This document shows positions 8,101-10,980 of a stretch of 10,980 nucleotides of DNA, one piece after another. A program made the translations under genes and the position numbers. Each line of letters opens with the position of its first letter. Positions within the stretch are counted from its first letter, which is position 1. Source of the stretch: Leptospirales bacterium (GTDB taxonomy: Bacteria; Spirochaetota; Leptospiria; Turneriellales; JAOUFE01); NCBI GenBank assembly GCA_040326155.1, contig JBEQLE010000104.1, positions 1 to 10,980 on the forward strand, written 5' to 3'. A model generated the notes under the pieces. The model saw only the letters and a list, made by a program, of their open reading frames with translations. It searched no databases and was not told the DNA's origin.

Positions 8101-10334
8101 TCATCTTTTACATAAACAGCGATTGAAGCTAGGTCTGTAATTGATTTGTCTGCGGTAAGTCGCTTACTACCATCATATATTTTGGGCAAACGCTCGATGG
8201 ATAGTCTTCCGATTTCGAGATGAATTTCTTTTTTCAGATCCGGGGCTATCATTGAGTAAACAGTATCTAAGATCTGATCATGCTGAAATTTAAAATACAT
8301 ATTATTGGACTCACTAGTTTTATCATTGATTGAAAGAATCAACTCTTCATGTATAGCCTCAATAAGATCAGCACGAACTACACCTAGTGGATTTTTGTCG
8401 ATAGAAGAAAGCATTTCCAAGTCAAAATGGTTACCTATGCAGCTGGCTAATTGTAGAACCTCAGTAGTCCTGGGTAAAACACTTTCAATTTTAGATGTCA
8501 TCAACTGTATGACATTATCGGTAAAACCGAACTTCTTAATTTTATCAATGCTCCAAACCCATTGAGTTTGCTCGTGGTCGTACTTAACAAGACTCTCATG
8601 ATGAATGGCGGTTAAGAACTGATTGACAAAAAATGGATTGCCGGCGGTTTGCATGAAGATTAATTTTGCCAATTTCGTGGCTTCTTGTTTTTCACAATTT
8701 AATGTGTCGTATATTAATTCCGAAATGGCTTTTTGATCAATTGCTGATAATGCTATAAATTCAATTGGTATATCAAGCTCAAGAAAATTAATATTCTCTT
8801 GTCTGAACTCTCTAATGTTATTTATTGTATTGGTAAGTAGTATGTTCTCTTGTTTTTCTGATTCACGATAAGAACCGATGAACAGAATGTGTTTTAATGC
8901 ACTGTTTGTCATTAAAACCTCAATGAGCTTTAAAGAAGAAGAGTCGGCCCATTGAAGATCGTCAATAAATATAACAAGGGGTTTATCTTTGGTCGCAAAC
9001 ACGGCAACAAAACGCAGGAAAACCCTATGAAAAATAGTTTGCAAATCCAGTGAATTGGGTTGTGTTGAATCGGTCCGTTTACCAATAATAAACTCAAGTC
9101 TGGGTATCATATTAATAATAACCTGGGCATTTTCACCGAGCGCATCCAGGATTTTCTCTTTCCACTGAGCAATGTGTTCAGTGTTGTTGATTAATATTTG
9201 ATTAACCAGGTCGTTAAAAGCCTTAATAAAGGCGTTATATGGTATTCTTGTTGTGTATTTTTCGAATTTTCCCGAAATAAATAGGCTATTGTCATAAATG
9301 ACTGGTTTGTACAACTCTTGAATAAGTACTGTTTTACCAATACCCGGTTCACCGGATACCATAACCAATTCAGTGGTCCTCTTCGAGGCTCTCTCATAGG
9401 CATCTTTCAATACCTTTAGTTCCTTATCTCGCCCGTAAACTTTTTGAGGTATTTGAAACTTTTCAGAAAAGTCTTTTCTGCCCGGAACGAATTTGTCATT
9501 CTCACCTGACTTTGTCAGGTATTTTAAAGAATGTTGTAAGTCAGATATTATACCGTCCGTAGTTTTATACCTATCTTCTGCATTTTTTGAAAGAAGTTTT
9601 AGTATTATCTGCGAAATATATTCAGGAATTTCCGGATGCAGGCTTGTGAGATTTTCGGGGCGTTTAGCCAGATGCGCGTGTATTATTTCAAGTGGATCTT
9701 GGGAAATAAACGGCGGAGCTTTATGCAGCATTTCATAAAGAGTCACACCTAAGGAATAATAATCTGTACGATAATCAACTAAACGGTTCATCCACCCTGT
9801 TTGTTCAGGAGACACATAAGTCAGCGACCCTTCAACCTGACTTAATATTCGTTTTTGCTCACTTTCTTTGGGAAAAAAAGATGATATATTAAAGTCCACG
9901 ATCTTTATTTTATTATCTTTAATATTGACAATAATATTTGCCGGTTTTATATCTTTATGAATAATATTATTTTGGTGGATTTTGCCAAGTCCATTTATAA
10001 TCTTAATCGCAATATCGATGAATAATTCAATGGAAAAATCTTGAGAGCTAATCATACTTTTAAGAGATTGCCCTGGAGCATCTTCTAATACGAGCATAGC
10101 TTTATTATTAAATTTATGGATCCCATAAGAATGCACAACTTCGTCAATGTCCAGTGATTGAATAATCTCCAGTTCTCTTTGTAAACGGCTGAAATCTTGT
10201 TCTGTTGGGTATTCTGACGCCAAAATTTTCAATATTACTGAACGATTGTCTTTTATTCGAATGGCCCGATAAACGAATGTTTTTTGGCTTTTCTGTACCT
10301 CTTTCCCTATCGTATACCCAGGTATATCAAGCAT
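5160..10334 (-). CDS. Multidomain signalling protein: Ser/Thr kinase + STAND/AAA ATPase + helical (TPR-like) region + GAF + coiled coil + GGDEF diguanylate cyclase
   Basis: Kinase motifs VILK, HKDIKPAN, DFN, YVSPEQTG, DYYSLG; Walker A GEPGIGKT (9353-9330); Walker B VIFIDDLQWAD; GNPFF; GAF region (VSQNISSEIDL...SILCMPV...YLENN...F); DGLTGLVNRR, DIDYFK, NDGFGHQKGD, RYGGEEF (GGEEF at 5432-5418), ADKALYLAKHAGRN. Confidence 0.95.
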   Translation of the reverse strand: MLDIPGYTIGKEVQKSQKTFVYRAIRIKDNRSVILKILASEYPTEQDFSRLQRELEIIQSLDIDEVVHSYGIHKFNNKAMLVLEDAPGQSLKSMISSQDFSIELFIDIAIKIINGLGKIHQNNIIHKDIKPANIIVNIKDNKIKIVDFNISSFFPKESEQKRILSQVEGSLTYVSPEQTGWMNRLVDYRTDYYSLGVTLYEMLHKAPPFISQDPLEIIHAHLAKRPENLTSLHPEIPEYISQIILKLLSKNAEDRYKTTDGIISDLQHSLKYLTKSGENDKFVPGRKDFSEKFQIPQKVYGRDKELKVLKDAYERASKRTTELVMVSGEPGIGKTVLIQELYKPVIYDNSLFISGKFEKYTTRIPYNAFIKAFNDLVNQILINNTEHIAQWKEKILDALGENAQVIINMIPRLEFIIGKRTDSTQPNSLDLQTIFHRVFLRFVAVFATKDKPLVIFIDDLQWADSSSLKLIEVLMTNSALKHILFIGSYRESEKQENILLTNTINNIREFRQENINFLELDIPIEFIALSAIDQKAISELIYDTLNCEKQEATKLAKLIFMQTAGNPFFVNQFLTAIHHESLVKYDHEQTQWVWSIDKIKKFGFTDNVIQLMTSKIESVLPRTTEVLQLASCIGNHFDLEMLSSIDKNPLGVVRADLIEAIHEELILSINDKTSESNNMYFKFQHDQILDTVYSMIAPDLKKEIHLEIGRLSIERLPKIYDGSKRLTADKSITDLASIAVYVKDESSMQALLDWMDASIFSIVNHFNKGYDEIKGKKNTFVIIILNVLAAKKARQSAAFGSALEYLNVAHKLLPKNSWKKEYFLTLQLYTEMAECEYINVNFLNAGKLCKDILKQAHSIIDKGKAFEIIIASLTRQSKFNEAIASGYSALLELGVRLPKKPTELSPLLDIITANVKMGGNIGRLIELPRMKDKEKLAAMNVMIQLVTPSFISSPKLFPVLVLKMVHLTLKYGLSNQSAYAFAFFGAILGSGMGKHEKSDKLAKLAVQTLSAIPSGPVDCKVLFCVGNLIHHWKHSFSEGQEILEKAYTKGLETGDLLFTGYSLNWLNAYNYFTRKNIPETLDEMTKHRGVHERINQEDAQVFYNLWMQFIITLSENNKISKKIKGDYFDEDVSVKIWQKINNDTDLFIFHLMKAILYFLKRDNAKALGHIEKAVPHATGVFGMPVIPEHNFFYSLIATALAKQSSGSNRKKYIGIAISNQKKMKTWAKNAPMNYEHKYLIVEAEIAQLQKRTDAIKFYEKAISSASTYKFTLEQAIANELLADLYFSLDKNFLAVAYLKESCNLYYNWGALSKVSELENEFPNNLSRRSFDSTEFSDSHEMSTMHSTQNIDLKTVLKVSQNISSEIDLHRLTSKLILLAIENAGAEKGVFITNEQDQLIQQAEGSFNDENFLTFQGVPIEKSLNVPIQVVKYVARTMEPVLLMNAIGDSRFGKDPYILSNNIKSILCMPVRRQGKTVGLMYLENNLSTGVFTEHRMELLDMISAQVAISLDNAKQYETLEKKVFERTTIIEEEKGKLQIALQKNVDANRILERLAAIDGLTGLVNRRQFDDFMKVEWKNAIRENSPLSLIMIDIDYFKKYNDGFGHQKGDDCIKKVATAILAKLKRPTDIAARYGGEEFVVILPTTTKESALMIAEEIQLYIESLSLNHVYSEISDVITVSAGVGTIRATAKNSPAILIEMADKALYLAKHAGRNQVKTFEDIK

Positions 10335-10347
10335 ACTTTTTATTAAA

Positions 10348-10353
10348 TCCTTT
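10348..10353 (-). promoter_or_regulatory. Possible Shine-Dalgarno site of the kinase-GGDEF gene
   Basis: AAAGGA on the minus strand, 13 nt upstream of the ATG at 10334. The spacing is long. Confidence 0.35.
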
Positions 10354-10442
10354 CATATAATTCTTCAAAATTTTTACAATTCAGACTTTAATATGCGGCA
10401 ATCCTATCCCCAATAATAGCTTTAAAATCAAATATCTAAAAT

Positions 10443-10470
10443 TGCTTGAGTTTTACAAGCAGAATATTCT
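10443..10470. promoter_or_regulatory. Palindromic candidate operator upstream of the kinase-GGDEF gene
   Basis: TGCTTG-N7-CAAGCA (10443-10461) overlapping by one base the palindrome AGAATATTCT (10461-10470), about 110 nt upstream of the start codon. Confidence 0.3.
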
Positions 10471-10498
10471 TTTCTGTAAACAATCGTAAAATTTTTAA

Positions 10499-10705
10499 TT
10501 TCTGTACAAAGTAATCAATACTTATCAAATATTTTTAGATTGGTTAATATTGGCACGTGGTCAGGTGTATGTGATCGAAGAAGATAATATAATCAATACA
10601 TTAAATGAAGAGCACATTCAATTCTTAGAGAAAATTGTAAAATTAAGCAAAGAAAAACAATCTCGCTATCTAAAGGCTTTTAACGAATCACTCATCGACG
10701 ACTAG
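10499..10705 (+). pseudogene. 5'-truncated XRE/Cro-CI-type HTH regulator remnant
   Basis: 68 open codons after a TAA: FLYKVINTYQIFLDWLILARGQVYVIEEDNIINTLNEEHIQFLEKIVKLSKEKQSRYLKAFNESLIDD*. FL..V...YQIxLDWLILxRG resembles the end of XRE domains (vsLDWLl.G.G), followed by the usual short helical tail. The HTH helices and the start codon are missing. Confidence 0.65.
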
Positions 10706-10855
10706 GAAGTTCTCCATTGAGCGGTTGCGGAATGTGTAGATTTTAGCCGATGTTTTCAAACTGCATGATGATGCACGTTTTCCCTTCCTCTTTTTGTTTT
10801 GCTAATATTAAATAGTTATTTTGGTAACGCACATCGCATAACGAAATTAATCTGC

Positions 10856-10880
10856 AAAGGCGCGCCCTGCACGCGCCCCC
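10856..10880 (-). terminator. GC hairpin after the minus-strand gene entering from the right edge
   Basis: GGCGCG-7nt-CGCGCC (10859-10877), extendable by 3 G-U pairs on the minus strand, 6 nt after the TAG at 10889-10887. Short U-tract. Confidence 0.45.
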
Positions 10881-10886
10881 ACCAAA

Positions 10887-10979
10887 CTACTTAATTATAG
10901 TTCTAATCAACTTCGCATTCTTCGTATCAACTCGGCCAAAGAAAACACAATCCTTACATTTCGTTTTATCCCGGCACTT
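10887..10979 (-). CDS. C-terminal end of a Cys-containing protein continuing beyond the window
   Basis: Open frame from the edge: KCRDKTKCKDCVFFGRVDTKNAKLIRTIIK*, with C-x5-C-x2-C, followed by a hairpin. Only 30 aa are visible. Confidence 0.4.
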   Translation of the reverse strand, partial: KCRDKTKCKDCVFFGRVDTKNAKLIRTIIK

Positions 10980-10980
10980 C

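Noticed and set aside
501..9738. Short ORF-track entries overlapping the main genes (501-728, 1277-1531, 1716-1952, 2419-2673, 3706-4011, 5154-5336, 5666-5863, 6196-6420, 7573-7851, 8305-8565, 9191-9403, 9493-9738)
   Set aside because: Antisense or alternate-frame shadows of well-supported genes, with no motifs of their own.
10551..10566. TGGCACG as a sigma54 -24 element
   Set aside because: No TTGC -12 element at the required spacing, and it lies within the XRE-like fragment.
10887..10979. Endonuclease III-type Fe-S motif in the edge ORF
   Set aside because: The spacing is C-x5-C-x2-C with no fourth Cys, not C-x6-C-x2-C-x5-C.
1..10980. CRISPR array, tRNA, rRNA, IS transposase
   Set aside because: No regularly spaced direct repeats, cloverleaf, rRNA-like sequence or transposase motifs found by eye.

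Overview
Mostly AT-rich bacterial DNA (roughly 30-35% GC by eye) with four intact genes: a secreted OmpA/MotB-type peptidoglycan-binding protein with a C-terminal membrane anchor (+), a secreted right-handed beta-helix protein (-), an 809-aa secreted ankyrin-repeat protein (-), and a 1724-aa Ser/Thr kinase-STAND/AAA ATPase-GAF-GGDEF signalling protein (-). Translating the gaps by hand shows that almost every 'intergenic' space holds an amputated gene. These are a 58%-GC sigma54-activator-like 3' end (1-282), a DUF4184-like 5' end, a start-less hypothetical, a SpoIIE/PP2C-like 3' end directly behind the GGDEF gene, and an XRE-HTH-like 3' end. The window therefore reads as a patchwork of about 7 DNA segments joined end to end. 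Two intact genes end within a few bases of a junction, and an AATTT-containing motif recurs at four junctions. A ~105-nt GTAG-bounded hairpin module lies just upstream of the ankyrin gene. I see no transposase, integrase, CRISPR array, tRNA or rRNA. All family calls come from motifs recognised by eye, not from database searches.
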